NCBI GenBank assembly: GCA_029259155.1
Contig: JAPDJI010000004.1
Span: 1 to 64,000, forward strand
Length of the DNA stretch: 64,000 nt
Source: Candidatus Methanomethylicia archaeon
GTDB taxonomy: Archaea; Thermoproteota; Methanomethylicia; Nezhaarchaeales; B40-G2
Direction of reading: 5' to 3'
Part shown: positions 18,970 through 31,401 of the stretch, piece after piece
How the letters are laid out: every line of letters begins with the position of its first letter
Numbering within the stretch: position 1 is the first letter of the stretch
Notes under the pieces: generated by a model
The model's input: the letters and a program-made list of their open reading frames with translations, nothing else
Told to the model about the DNA's origin: nothing
Databases searched by the model: none
Position numbers and translations under genes: made by a program

Positions 18970-19655
18970 TCAGCCACCTCTTTAGCCATTTTTGAAGCTA
19001 AAGCGTGAGCAGCTAGGATAGGTTCAGGTAGTCTTTTCCCAGGCAAAGTGGCTTCCAACACGAGTCTCACAGCAGTTTCTAAGCTTATCTTGTGTCCTAT
19101 GCTTACGTACACAGGTCTGGACCCCTTTTTCGTCCAAACGGCTGCTCCTATTACTTTTCCGTCTCTTGGATCTATCAAAGGGGCTCTATTTCCTTCAAGA
19201 GCCCCCTCTTCACCCCACAGCCTTTTCTTAGCTACTCCTATGGTAGGTAAATCCAATACTACACCTATATGAGTAGCTAAACCGCAACGGTATGGGTGGG
19301 CTAAGCCTTGTCCATCGATGAACATGAGCTGTGGCTTAACTTTAAGCTTGCTGAAGGCAGCAAAGATCACGGGAGCTTCTCTAAATGATAGGAGGGTAGG
19401 TATGTAGGGGAAGCGTTCCTTAAGCACGACGCTACTTTCCTCCGCTGCCTTCCAGTCACGGTATCTAAGCACGACTATGGCCCCTATCACTCGGCCTTTT
19501 CTAAAAGCTGCATCGGCACCGGCTATGTAGGTTAATTGACGTGGGAGTTCATCAACCTCTATGGTTTTCGAAGCTATTAGTTGTTGAGCCTTCCTAGCCT
19601 TGGAGATATCAAAGTTTTTAGGTACTTTTACACGTCTATCGTCAAGGCTGTACAT
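18966..19655 (-). CDS. nfi: Endonuclease V
   Basis: AGADAA, FPYIPTLLSFRE, DGQGLAHP, GVAK, VSIGH, PEP. Confidence 0.95.
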   Translation of the reverse strand: MYSLDDRRVKVPKNFDISKARKAQQLIASKTIEVDELPRQLTYIAGADAAFRKGRVIGAIVVLRYRDWKAAEESSVVLKERFPYIPTLLSFREAPVIFAAFSKLKVKPQLMFIDGQGLAHPYRCGLATHIGVVLDLPTIGVAKKRLWGEEGALEGNRAPLIDPRDGKVIGAAVWTKKGSRPVYVSIGHKISLETAVRLVLEATLPGKRLPEPILAAHALASKMAKEVAE

Positions 19656-21237
19656 TTATCTTAACACCTATAAACACAGGACCTCTAATATCTATCCGGC
19701 CACCCTTACTTTGCACATACCTCCTGGCTGTTTCCTCGATGTAAATGTTCACGTCGCTAGGTGTGCGCGCAATTTTCACTCTGATATTTACTTCACCGCC
19801 AGTGGGGGTTTTTTTCTCTGCTTCGGCAGCTGCTTTAGCTGCTATTGCGTAAGCGTAACTTAACCCTGAGTCCACACCCTCCTTTCTGGCATCCATTACC
19901 TCTGGTTTTTCATCCATCCCTGTGGGTGGTAATCCGAGAATGTTTCCTTTATATACATAGACCTTATTGAAGGCGGCTGGGCCTGTCAACTTGACGCCTG
20001 GGTCATACTCATACACCTTAGCTTCAACCTTCATTCCCCAAGCTTCTCCTTTAAACGCTTGAAACTCGCAAGGACTAGATGCGTCGCGATATTTCTGTAA
20101 AGTATCAGTTATGGAGATGGCTAGGAGCTTGCCTTCACGGGTAGAGGGTTCCTCTTCTAAGCGAATCATGGAGGCCAGTTCTTCGTCACTTAGCGACCAC
20201 TCCTCGTAAAACTGAGGATAGACTAGCTTCCTTACGTCGTCATAGCCGTAAAGTATCATTGCTATCCTTTCTACCCCGATTCCTAAGTTCAACACTGGGT
20301 ACTCGAGCTTGTAATGTGCTAGAGCAATAGGGCTGTAGAGCCCAAAGTTAGCTACCTCTACCCACTCGCCTCGATATTTGACGTAGGTCTCATGCTCTGT
20401 CTCAGGCGCATAGTATTTAGCTGTAACCTTCTTCCGCACATGTTTAAACTCCTTGAAACCGAACTGTCTAAGCACCGCCTCTGCTAGCTCTATTCCTTCC
20501 TCTACGTCCAGCTCCTCATCCATGACTACGCAGGAGGCAGCATGATGGGTTCTAAGATGAGTCTCATCTTCACGTTGCTCTCTCCTGAACCTTACCCCTA
20601 CGCTGAAAAGCTTAATGGGTAAGGTCTTTTTGTGTTGTAAAGCCGATAGGGTGAGGAACCAAGACGTGGTCATGTGAGACCTTAAAGTCAATAAGGTAGG
20701 TTCAGGCCTGAGTTCTTTAAACTCAGGGAGTGCCTCGCTTAGAATTCTCGTCGCTATAACATCGCTTACTGCTAAGGCTTCAGCAATGCGTTCTACGAGG
20801 TCGTCTGAGCCTACTTCGCCTTTCTTGTAGGCATGTAAGACTTCTTGGAGCTTCCTCACTTTTGACTCATCGATCTCGATCCCTAAAGCTTGAAGAAGTT
20901 TAAGTTTATCTTTACCTATTCCTATATCAGGCCTGGGCAGTACAGCAAGATAGTAACATCTATCGAGAATAGCTAGAGCCTCAGGGCCATACTGCTTCTT
21001 TACATCTTCCTCCTCCACAATAACCGGGTTAAGAATTTCTTCGAACCCTAAACGTAGGTAGGCTTCTCGAAACTTTTGGAGGATCTCCATCAATGGATGA
21101 GGCTTACCTTTAACGTAAGCTATCAAGGGCTTTCTTCTAGCGAAACGTTTACCAACAAGCTTCCCGGTCTCAAGCCAAGTTTCCTCAAAGTTCTGCTCGG
21201 CTTTTTCAAGTATCTCGGTGAACCTTAACCTAACCAT
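19642..21237 (-). CDS. sepS: O-phosphoseryl-tRNA(Cys) synthetase SepRS
   Basis: GPEALAILDRCYYL, LRSHMTTSWF, FRREQREDETHL, YSPIAL, NLGIGVER, IDIRGPVF. Confidence 0.95.
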   Translation of the reverse strand: MVRLRFTEILEKAEQNFEETWLETGKLVGKRFARRKPLIAYVKGKPHPLMEILQKFREAYLRLGFEEILNPVIVEEEDVKKQYGPEALAILDRCYYLAVLPRPDIGIGKDKLKLLQALGIEIDESKVRKLQEVLHAYKKGEVGSDDLVERIAEALAVSDVIATRILSEALPEFKELRPEPTLLTLRSHMTTSWFLTLSALQHKKTLPIKLFSVGVRFRREQREDETHLRTHHAASCVVMDEELDVEEGIELAEAVLRQFGFKEFKHVRKKVTAKYYAPETEHETYVKYRGEWVEVANFGLYSPIALAHYKLEYPVLNLGIGVERIAMILYGYDDVRKLVYPQFYEEWSLSDEELASMIRLEEEPSTREGKLLAISITDTLQKYRDASSPCEFQAFKGEAWGMKVEAKVYEYDPGVKLTGPAAFNKVYVYKGNILGLPPTGMDEKPEVMDARKEGVDSGLSYAYAIAAKAAAEAEKKTPTGGEVNIRVKIARTPSDVNIYIEETARRYVQSKGGRIDIRGPVFIGVKINVQP

Positions 21238-21904
21238 GATTACTCGTCCCCCTAAGCCTCTCCTCCAACCTTCTCAAGTCTTGTCGTAGTCTATTGCGCT
21301 GGGTAGCTAAGGCGACATCTCCTCTTGTAACTTCCGTGAGTCTTCTTACCTGGTCAACTTTGTGTTTAATATCAGGCAATGCGCTTCTATAAAGCTCAAG
21401 CTCCCTTAACGCTCCGTAGAAAGCTTCCATGATCTCAAGCCATCTCTCAGCCTCTTCAATCTTATCTTTCCTAAGCGAATCAATCACCCTTCTCCTAGCC
21501 TCTCCCACCACCTCTGTCAAGCCGTATATGTAGGGCTTAAGAGGTACATTGAGCTCAGCTGGACTTGGCGGGCTCTGCCCTTGGTATACCCTATAAAACG
21601 TCAAAGCTTCCACGTACTCCTTTAAGGCTTGGGGTAAAGGTCCTTCATAGAGGTACTCTATCTGTCCTTCAATTTGCTTCAAAGCCTCATTAAGTAGACT
21701 GCTGGCTTTCCTTATCAGTTCATCAGCTTCCTCTAACCGCTCAGAGTGTATTGAGATCACCGCGTCTCCAGCTGCCTTTATGATCCTTCTCGACGTAGAT
21801 ACTAAGTAGTCCTTTAGCTTCTCTTTTCGTTCAAGGTCTTCACTCAACTTAGAGAGGAGCTTCCTGAGTTCGACCTTAAGCTCCTTCATCGTCAACCTTA
21901 CCAC
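21230..21904 (-). CDS. Translin/Trax (C3PO)-family protein
   Basis: SRRII, KEYVEA, YIYGLTEVVGEARR, KHKVD. Confidence 0.88.
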   Translation of the reverse strand: MVRLTMKELKVELRKLLSKLSEDLERKEKLKDYLVSTSRRIIKAAGDAVISIHSERLEEADELIRKASSLLNEALKQIEGQIEYLYEGPLPQALKEYVEALTFYRVYQGQSPPSPAELNVPLKPYIYGLTEVVGEARRRVIDSLRKDKIEEAERWLEIMEAFYGALRELELYRSALPDIKHKVDQVRRLTEVTRGDVALATQRNRLRQDLRRLEERLRGTSNHG

Positions 21905-21977
21905 TAGCTTAAGCTACTATGCAGCGTTACGCTGAGGCAAGCTTAATTTCTTCGCCTCTATCAAGGCGGTGAGGTAG

Positions 21978-22063
21978 CGGGCCCGGCGGGATTTGAACCC
22001 GCGACCACTCGGTTAAGAGCCGAGCGCTTTCGGCTTTCCTCTACCGTGCTAAGCTACGGGCCC
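21978..22063 (-). tRNA. tRNA-Lys(CUU) with 12-nt non-canonical D-arm intron at 22/23 (22029-22040)
   Basis: GGGCCCG/CGGGCCC-G, CTCGG-CTCTTAA-CCGAG; insert AGGAAAGCCGAA forms CGGT/GCCG helix with 3-nt bulge. Confidence 0.9.
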
Positions 22064-22105
22064 ACTTGGTGGGGTGGGAAATCCCTTATAAAAGCTTTCC
22101 ATGGT

Positions 22106-23176
22106 TCAACGCACCTTAACGTCAATGACCACTTGCCACTCTCTCGGAGCTACTTGTCTGACGAAGCCTCGATGAAGTATACCGTACACTCTTCTACCTG
22201 CCTCTCTAATCTTCCTTGCAAGGTAGTCCTCGATATCCTCAAACGCGTGAGCGAAGGTATAAACATGAATAACCCCTCCCTCTGGCTTTAAAGCAAGACA
22301 CGCTGCGTCGAGGAAGTCTAGAGCTTGACTTGGATGGTTCATGATAACTCGGTCAGCTATGCCTCTAAGGATCGTGGAGGCCACTTGACGAGCATCACCA
22401 TGAACAGCTTCGACCCTGTCTTGAACTTTATTGACTCTGATGTTTTCTAGTAGAAGCTGGTAGGCTCGAGGATTTATGTCTACGGCATAAACTTTGGCTC
22501 CTCGAAACTTAGCGATCTGTATGGCGTAGGGCCCTACACCGCTGAAGAGATCTACTACTACTTCTCGGCTATTAACCAGCTCTACCACTCTCCTTCGTTC
22601 AGTAGCTAACCTGGGGCTGAAGTAAACTTCCTTTAGATCTACTTTGAAAAGGCAACCGTGCTCCTTATGTACAGTTACAGGCTTATCTATACCACCTATG
22701 AATTTAAGAGGTCTTACTCTAAATTCCCCCTCCACCGCTCCTGCTTTCTTGTAGATGGATTTGACGTGAGGATGTATCCTCATGATTCCCTCTGCTATCA
22801 ACGCTTCTTCTCCTTCAAGCTCTGGCGGGATCTCTATCACAACTATGTCACCTATGATGTCGAAGGAACCTGGTAATGATGCCAGCTTATAAGGAGGTAG
22901 AAGGTCTTTTAGGGCTTCCATTAGGTCTTTAGGTCTATGAGGGGCGGCTTTAAAGAGAGTTTTGACAACCTCTATTTGAGGATACACTGCTTTTAGCTCT
23001 TCTAACTCCCTCTCCTTGATTGCCCTGCTCACAGGGATTAGGAGATGTTCACCCTCCTTCTTAATGAGGACATCTCTGTTTAAGAGCTCTAACCTTGCTA
23101 AACACTTTCTGATCTCCTCTCCTTTCTCTTTGACCACCTTTACCCCTATGCTCTCAATGAGATGTTTGGTCAACAC
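22106..23176 (-). CDS. trm5: Trm5-family tRNA G37 methyltransferase
   Basis: SFDIIGDI, VYFSPRLATER, DLFSGVGPY, DINP, IMNHP. Confidence 0.9.
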   Translation of the reverse strand: MLTKHLIESIGVKVVKEKGEEIRKCLARLELLNRDVLIKKEGEHLLIPVSRAIKERELEELKAVYPQIEVVKTLFKAAPHRPKDLMEALKDLLPPYKLASLPGSFDIIGDIVVIEIPPELEGEEALIAEGIMRIHPHVKSIYKKAGAVEGEFRVRPLKFIGGIDKPVTVHKEHGCLFKVDLKEVYFSPRLATERRRVVELVNSREVVVDLFSGVGPYAIQIAKFRGAKVYAVDINPRAYQLLLENIRVNKVQDRVEAVHGDARQVASTILRGIADRVIMNHPSQALDFLDAACLALKPEGGVIHVYTFAHAFEDIEDYLARKIREAGRRVYGILHRGFVRQVAPREWQVVIDVKVR

Positions 23177-23185
23177 AAGGCCCCT

Positions 23186-23875
23186 TCAATACAGAGCCTT
23201 GTCTGGGAAGCCGTATCTCCCTCTTAGAGGGACAAAGACACATCCTCCTAGACTTCTCATCTTAACTTCCCCTTCCTCATCTTTCTCCACGAGGACTAGA
23301 TCCTGGTAAAAGCCTGGGCCACCCACAGGTATGACAAGTCTACCTTTAGGCTTCAGCTGGTCTATGAGCGGTTTAGGCACATCGGGTGAGGCGGCAGTTA
23401 CTATTATGGCATCGTATGGTTTAGCTGGTTCATAGCCGAGGCTTCCGTCGCCATGAATCACTGTGACTCGATCGGCATAGCCAAGTCGCTTTAGGTTCTC
23501 TTCAGCCATCTTGGCCAGCTCCTCTATGAGCTCCACGGTGTAGACGTGTCCTTTGATCTCTGAGTCTTCTGGGGCTACCATCTCGGCGTAAACAGCAGCC
23601 ATATAGCCGCAGCCACCGCCAACCTCCAATACTTTGTCTCCTGGCTTCAATCGGACAGCTTCTATTAGCCAAGCGGTCATGTGTAAGGCGCTGGTGGTCT
23701 GTCCATAGCCTATGGGCAGAGGACTATCTATATAGGCGTGCCTTCTATGCTCAGGAGGGAGAAATTCCTCTCTGGGAACCTTTAACATGGCTTTGGCTAT
23801 TGCTTGACTTTTAATTACCCCTGCCTCTATCAGCCTCTTAATGGCTGCTTCGCGCTCCTTCCCAGTACTCGACAA
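23186..23875 (-). CDS. pcm: Protein-L-isoaspartate O-methyltransferase
   Basis: VPREEF, GQTTSA, VLEVGGGCGY, PYDAIIVTAA, FVPL. Confidence 0.93.
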   Translation of the reverse strand: MSSTGKEREAAIKRLIEAGVIKSQAIAKAMLKVPREEFLPPEHRRHAYIDSPLPIGYGQTTSALHMTAWLIEAVRLKPGDKVLEVGGGCGYMAAVYAEMVAPEDSEIKGHVYTVELIEELAKMAEENLKRLGYADRVTVIHGDGSLGYEPAKPYDAIIVTAASPDVPKPLIDQLKPKGRLVIPVGGPGFYQDLVLVEKDEEGEVKMRSLGGCVFVPLRGRYGFPDKALY

Positions 23876-23924
23876 CCTTTCTCCCTGAGAGTGCTTTTAA
23901 TAAGGGGTTATTTGAGCTTAGGGA

Positions 23925-24359
23925 TTGATGAGGACCGCTGAAGTTTTTAAGGCAAGGGGGCATCCTAACGTTAAGGCTACTCACAGATCAACGTTAGAGA
24001 TCACTAAAGACCCTTATTTGTCTCCTAGAGGTGACTGTATCGTAGCCATAGCTGCGGAGAAGGCAGCTCGGGACTTATCGTTAGAGTTTAAAAAGTTGGC
24101 TTCGAGGGAGGGGAGCGTTATTACTTTGATGATTGAGGCTGAGGGGTTATCTGACGTAGTGAGGGGCTATGGCTCAGCTATGATGGTTTTTAACGACGAA
24201 AGAAGCATTGTGTTCAGGAAGAGCAGCTATATATGCGGAAGGACGGTGATGGTGAAGGCTGATAAGGCTGCAGCCGATCTAGACAGAAGGTTAGTGGAGC
24301 TTCTAAAAGATCCCTCCGTGGAGGTTATGGTTATAATCGAGGCAGAGTCTGTAGGTTAA
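23925..24359 (+). CDS. DUF371-family protein
   Basis: [36 protein letters not shown]. Confidence 0.9.
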   Translation: MMRTAEVFKARGHPNVKATHRSTLEITKDPYLSPRGDCIVAIAAEKAARDLSLEFKKLASREGSVITLMIEAEGLSDVVRGYGSAMMVFNDERSIVFRKSSYICGRTVMVKADKAAADLDRRLVELLKDPSVEVMVIIEAESVG

Positions 24360-25393
24360 AACTTAAAGTAGGCCTCTAAAGTAACCCTACCTTTCCCTGC
24401 CTTAAACGCTTTAATCGCTCTCTCCACCGCATTCATTACCCTATCCTCTGAGAAATCGTGTTCTCTACAGAGGAACCTTACAACTTCTCCTTTATCCGGT
24501 TCTCTCCACTCTAGCTTATAATCGGAGGTTACGTCAGGGCTCAAGAAAAGTTTCTTTATTTCCTTGGGATCAAAAGGAAACTCTACGTCTTTCAGCGTGG
24601 AAAGCACGTTTTCAAGCGAGCCTTGTTCCTTTACTAGTTTAAGGGCTTTCTTAGGCCCTATCCCTTTAACACCCTCAGGGTTATAGTCAGTGCCTACAAG
24701 TATACCTACGTCTACCAATTGCTCTCTTGTTATCTCTAGCTCTTTGAGTAGCTGCTCTAGCTCTATGAGTTCAGGTTTAACCTCTATGTAAACATCCTTC
24801 CTGGGTAGCTTCCTCCTCCCCGTGATCGTTACGTTTCTCACCAATCTTGGGGCCCCAAACAGGAGAGAGTCATAGTCCTGGCTGGCTGCCGCGTATACGT
24901 CTCCCTTAGCAGCCATGTAAGCTGCTTGGGCTTCTCCTTCTGACGGTGCTTGAATCCAAGGTACGCCCATGGTGTCTAGGAGCTTCTTGGCATCTTCAAC
25001 CATCTCCTCGGTTAATTTGCCTGTTTGTTGAGCATAAGTTTTAGCTGCTTTAAGGTCTCCTCGAGCTAAGGCTTCTTCATATTTGCGCTCAGCTTCCTCC
25101 TTATGCATCTTCCTCCTTAGCACTTCTAGCTCTTTGATCTCGGGAGGCTTACCGTCGAAGACGTACACAGGCTTAATGCCCATCTCCAACAGGTTAACGG
25201 TCCTATAAAATAAGCCTGATAGGTGGCTGGTTATTCTTCCTTGACTATCCATGAGGAGGGTGCCATCGGGCTGACGTATAATAGCCAAGAACTGGTGCAA
25301 CGTATTGTAGGCATCTATAGCTATAGCTCTACCGTTAAGGTCTTGAAGAGTGATCTCTCTCTTAGGTACAAGATCCTTTAAATCTACGCCCAA
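24356..25393 (-). CDS. fen: Flap endonuclease 1
   Basis: MGV start, [32 protein letters not shown]-terminal PIP-like TLEAYF. Confidence 0.97.
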   Translation of the reverse strand: MGVDLKDLVPKREITLQDLNGRAIAIDAYNTLHQFLAIIRQPDGTLLMDSQGRITSHLSGLFYRTVNLLEMGIKPVYVFDGKPPEIKELEVLRRKMHKEEAERKYEEALARGDLKAAKTYAQQTGKLTEEMVEDAKKLLDTMGVPWIQAPSEGEAQAAYMAAKGDVYAAASQDYDSLLFGAPRLVRNVTITGRRKLPRKDVYIEVKPELIELEQLLKELEITREQLVDVGILVGTDYNPEGVKGIGPKKALKLVKEQGSLENVLSTLKDVEFPFDPKEIKKLFLSPDVTSDYKLEWREPDKGEVVRFLCREHDFSEDRVMNAVERAIKAFKAGKGRVTLEAYFKF

Positions 25394-25396
25394 GTT

Positions 25397-25636
25397 TTAG
25401 CCCTCTTCAGGTTTCTTTATTAAGGTCACCGATTTTAGGTTCTTCTTTATCGTGGAGACTCTTACCACATCACTAAGCTCCAATTTAAGTAAAGCTTTAA
25501 GGACCTCTCTCTGCGAAACATCGCCGAGCATGGCTTTAAGCATGGTGTAGAGCTCTTTATCCTTCGCTACCCCTCCTCTCCGCCTAAGTAGATCTACTAT
25601 TATTTCCTCGAGAGGAATGGACATCCATGCAGACAA
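25397..25636 (-). CDS. Small winged-helix protein
   Basis: 79 aa with helical/wing pattern (KALLKLELSDVVRV); between cdc48 and fen. Confidence 0.65.
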   Translation of the reverse strand: MSAWMSIPLEEIIVDLLRRRGGVAKDKELYTMLKAMLGDVSQREVLKALLKLELSDVVRVSTIKKNLKSVTLIKKPEEG

Positions 25637-25647
25637 GGTTGGGCCCT

Positions 25648-27873
<2,226 letters not shown>

Positions 27874-27922
27874 CTAACGTTAATGTGAGAAGGCTCAAAC
27901 TAATACTTAATCCTACCCTCTA

Positions 27923-28189
27923 TTAAACCCTCGTAACCATTTCGACTTCAACTTGGCTTACGCCTTTCACCTTAGAGATGGCTTCCTCAACTTGATACGT
28001 ACCACCTTCCTCTTCTGGGAGGAGGAGCACCAACTTAAGCACCTTTATCCCAAAGGCTACCTCTTCGACCGCTGATTTCTGAAGGCTTACACCCTCAGGC
28101 AAGCTTTTTTGTATATCGTCTTTTAATTGCTCTAAGTTGATTCCTACGTCCTCAGGCATTACTTTCACTACAGCCATTACTTTGGCCAT
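27923..28189 (-). CDS. ef1b: Translation elongation factor aEF-1beta
   Basis: VKVMPED, EEVAFGIKVL, GVSQVEV. Confidence 0.93.
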   Translation of the reverse strand: MAKVMAVVKVMPEDVGINLEQLKDDIQKSLPEGVSLQKSAVEEVAFGIKVLKLVLLLPEEEGGTYQVEEAISKVKGVSQVEVEMVTRV

Positions 28190-28199
28190 GCTTCACCAC

Positions 28200-28379
28200 C
28201 TAGGGCCCCTCAAAACCACACTTAGGACACTTATATGGGTTGACCTGTTTTCGACAGTGCCAACACCGCCATATCAAGAAGCCTCCACACTGAGGACAAT
28301 AAAATTTAGCTCCTTTTACATCTGGTGTTATTGGTCTCTTGCAGGAGGCGCATAGTGGGAAGTTTATTTCTCTAGACAT
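28200..28379 (-). CDS. Small double Zn-ribbon protein (DUF1610/HVO_2753-like)
   Basis: CASC, FYCPQCG, RCWHCR, YKCPKCGFEGP; start moved to MSREINF; conserved linkage to ef1b. Confidence 0.88.
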   Translation of the reverse strand: MSREINFPLCASCKRPITPDVKGAKFYCPQCGGFLIWRCWHCRKQVNPYKCPKCGFEGP

Positions 28380-29625
28380 TCTCCACCGCCGTTGAAGAGT
28401 CTTCACCTCTAACCTCTGAGCTGGTTTTAAAAGTTTCTATGGCTAAACCCATGGCTACTCTAAATAGTAAAGGTGCTAGTCTAGGGGCTTTCAGGAGCTT
28501 TTTCATGGTTAATGCCTGGAAATCCATATCTCCCTTTATGGCTAATTCTTCTTCTAGCTTGAGTTTTAAAGCGGAGGCGAATAAATGGTCAAGTTCTCGG
28601 TCATCTAATGATGATAAGTAAGTCCTTAATCTACTCATCCACTTTAATTCCCCACCAATAATCTTTCTCCACCTTCTTTCATACCTGGCAAAGGCTTCTC
28701 TATCTCCACGTAGAGCGGCCATGGCTGCTTCTTCTCCAGCTATTTTAGCGGAGAGCCCTCCGAATACGACTCCTCCTCCTGTAGTAGGCTTAACGTGGCC
28801 AGCTGCATCCCCCACAGCTAAGAAGCCTTCTTTGTAGGTGCGTGGGGCAGGGCCTCCAAGAACCAGCAACCCGCCTGATACTTCCTTAACTTTGACCCTT
28901 CTGAGCTTCGTGGATGCCTCTGGATGTTTCTTGATGAACCGTTCAAGGAGTGTTTTCGCCATGCCTACTTTAGAGGCTAACCCTACTCTACATCCTTCTC
29001 GATGGGGTATGATCCAGGCGAAGAAGCCAGGCGCCCATTGTTCACCGAAGAAGAGTTCTACCATGTTCTCCTCTACGTCGGCTCCTTCCACCTCTACTTG
29101 GGCTGCAGGGTAGAGCAAGCTAAGCTTAGGAGGGTTTAACCCAGCTTCACGCAAAAGTTTAAACCTAGCTCCTTCAGCGTCTATCGTCACTTTTGCTTTA
29201 ATTTCAACTCTAACTCCGTTAAGCGTAACCTCGATTCCGGCCACCCTCATCTTTTCCCATAGAATTTTTAATGCTTTAGCTCTACACGCTAATTCGGCAC
29301 CAGCCTCTATTGCCCTTTTAGCTAAGGTTTGATCAAACTTAGCACGGTCGATTACATACGCAACGTCCCTCCTTGCTTCGATCCGAATTTGCAAACCCGA
29401 TGGAGAATGCAATATAGCTCCTTTGGCGCTCCCCTGTATGTAATCTCCATGTAGGTTTAGAAGGCTAAGACCTTTCACACTAACTAAACCAGCGCAATGA
29501 ACGGGTTTTCCAACAACGCTGTCCTCCTCTAAGATAAGTACGTTAGCTCCTCTTCTCGCTGCCTCGAAGGAAGCTATTAAACCACTAGGACCAGCCCCTA
29601 CTACCACTATGTCGTGCTGGCTCAC
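28372..29625 (-). CDS. Geranylgeranyl reductase-family flavoprotein
   Basis: GAGPSG, HCAG, IDRAKFD, WIIP, VGDAAGHVKPTTGGG. Confidence 0.88.
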   Translation of the reverse strand: MSQHDIVVVGAGPSGLIASFEAARRGANVLILEEDSVVGKPVHCAGLVSVKGLSLLNLHGDYIQGSAKGAILHSPSGLQIRIEARRDVAYVIDRAKFDQTLAKRAIEAGAELACRAKALKILWEKMRVAGIEVTLNGVRVEIKAKVTIDAEGARFKLLREAGLNPPKLSLLYPAAQVEVEGADVEENMVELFFGEQWAPGFFAWIIPHREGCRVGLASKVGMAKTLLERFIKKHPEASTKLRRVKVKEVSGGLLVLGGPAPRTYKEGFLAVGDAAGHVKPTTGGGVVFGGLSAKIAGEEAAMAALRGDREAFARYERRWRKIIGGELKWMSRLRTYLSSLDDRELDHLFASALKLKLEEELAIKGDMDFQALTMKKLLKAPRLAPLLFRVAMGLAIETFKTSSEVRGEDSSTAVENV

Positions 29626-29678
29626 TTAGGCTTCCCTCACGTAAACCTTAATGGGAAGTTAATACGTCTTAAGTTTAC

Positions 29679-30038
29679 ATGTTTAAAGATTACAAGCAGG
29701 TGATAGCGGTTAGAGAAGACCTTAAGATGAGTAAAGGTAAGCTGGCTGCTCAAGTAGCTCACGCTGCTGTTATGGCTGCGGAGGAAGCCAGAAAGATGAG
29801 AGGGGACTGGTGGCGCATGTGGCTCATCCAGTCGCAGAAAAAAGTGGTAGTTAAAGTTTCAAGTGAAGAAGAGTTATTTAGACTTGAAGCGGAAGCTAAG
29901 CGATTAGGCTTACCGGCTATGGTAGTTAGAGACGCTGGTTTAACAGAGCTTCCTCCAAATACCCCCACGGCTGTAGGAATAGGGCCTGCACCAAGCCGCC
30001 TCATAGATTTAGTCACAGGTAACCTTAAACTACTTTAA
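29679..30038 (+). CDS. pth2: Peptidyl-tRNA hydrolase Pth2
   Basis: KMSKGKLAAQVAHA, DAGLTE, GIGP, TGNLKLL. Confidence 0.96.
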   Translation: MFKDYKQVIAVREDLKMSKGKLAAQVAHAAVMAAEEARKMRGDWWRMWLIQSQKKVVVKVSSEEELFRLEAEAKRLGLPAMVVRDAGLTELPPNTPTAVGIGPAPSRLIDLVTGNLKLL

Positions 30039-30039
30039 G

Positions 30040-31362
30040 GTGTACTTTTTGCCCTTATCTTCAGCCTCCTCCTTGGATAAGGAGCTTGGCATGTTATTCT
30101 ACGCCTCCACTGTAGAAGGGATAGGAGGGAGGATTAAGTGGAGGTTGGAGGATTTTGTGGTAGAAGAGCTCGCAGCTCCAGGAAGGTTACTAGATCCTCC
30201 TTTAGGAGGAGGTTACACCCTTTTCCTTGTAGAAAAGAAAGGTATAGATACGTTCACGGCTGCAAGGAGATTGGCTAAAGCCTTAAAGGTACCTTTAAAC
30301 GATGTTTCCTACGCAGGCTTAAAGGACGCTAATGCTGTAGCTGTACAGCGATTCTCGATCAAGGGAATGATACCCCTAAGCCTAGAAACAACCCCCCTTA
30401 CTGGTCTGAAGATATTAAAGGTTCAACCTTTCCATAAACCCCTAGCTAAGAAGGACCTTTACGGGAATCGTTTCACGGTGACGGTAAGAGCTATACCCCT
30501 AAATCCTGGCGAAGCCCTCAGCAAGGTTAGGATGGTAATCTATCAGTTAATGAAGCGAAAAGGCTTCCTGAACTATTATGGCTACCAAAGGTTCGGGACC
30601 AAAAGACCTAACACCCATATCGTAGGGAGGTATATTGTCAAGGGTGACTTTGAAGCTGCTGTTAACGAATACCTCTTCCACGCCTATCCTGAGGAAGGTA
30701 TCATTGTACGCAGGGCAAGAACAGCGGGTGATCTTAGAGAATCGTTGCGGCTGATGCCTAAAGGAATGGTGTATGAACGCCGAATGCTGAATTACCTTAT
30801 TCACCACCCCAATGACTATGTTGGAGCCTTGAGGGTACTTCCTAAAGCCTTACTGAGGCTTATAGTGGAGGCTTACCAAGCATATCTCTTCAACAAGACG
30901 CTAAGCTATAGAGTGCGAGCTATGCGTGACTATCATCTACCTATGGAAGGAGATTACGTGGTAACTGAAGATCGCTCCTTTAAGGTTAAGGATACTAGTA
31001 TGGTCGAGAAGTTCTCCTCGATGGTTGAGGAAGGCTCGGCATGCGTAGCTATCCCTCTACCTAGTTATGAGCTTAGGCTTCAGCCTCCACTTCCTCCTTT
31101 CTTAGAGAAGGTCTTGAAGGAGGAAAAGGTTTCATTAGAGGATTTTAAAGTCGAAGAGTTCCCCTACGCTAGTCTTCTTTCAAGGCCTAGAAAGATTGTT
31201 TGTAAACCTGAAGGCTTTACGATAATTGAGGTAGACAAAGACGAGCTTAACCCTCCCTTAACTAAGTTGACTTTACGCTTCATTTTAGAGAGAGGAACCT
31301 ACGCTACATCGCTGCTAAGAGATATATTGAAGCCTATCGATCCTTCTAGCTCTGGCTTCTAA
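30040..31362 (+). CDS. truD: tRNA pseudouridine synthase TruD/aPus7
   Basis: EDFVVEE, YAGLKD, GNRF, NYYGYQRFG, AYQAYLFN, GTYAT. Confidence 0.94.
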   Translation: MYFLPLSSASSLDKELGMLFYASTVEGIGGRIKWRLEDFVVEELAAPGRLLDPPLGGGYTLFLVEKKGIDTFTAARRLAKALKVPLNDVSYAGLKDANAVAVQRFSIKGMIPLSLETTPLTGLKILKVQPFHKPLAKKDLYGNRFTVTVRAIPLNPGEALSKVRMVIYQLMKRKGFLNYYGYQRFGTKRPNTHIVGRYIVKGDFEAAVNEYLFHAYPEEGIIVRRARTAGDLRESLRLMPKGMVYERRMLNYLIHHPNDYVGALRVLPKALLRLIVEAYQAYLFNKTLSYRVRAMRDYHLPMEGDYVVTEDRSFKVKDTSMVEKFSSMVEEGSACVAIPLPSYELRLQPPLPPFLEKVLKEEKVSLEDFKVEEFPYASLLSRPRKIVCKPEGFTIIEVDKDELNPPLTKLTLRFILERGTYATSLLRDILKPIDPSSSGF

Positions 31363-31401
31363 AAAACACCGTGCTTTTTACTTGGAAGCTCCTCAACGTT
31401 A

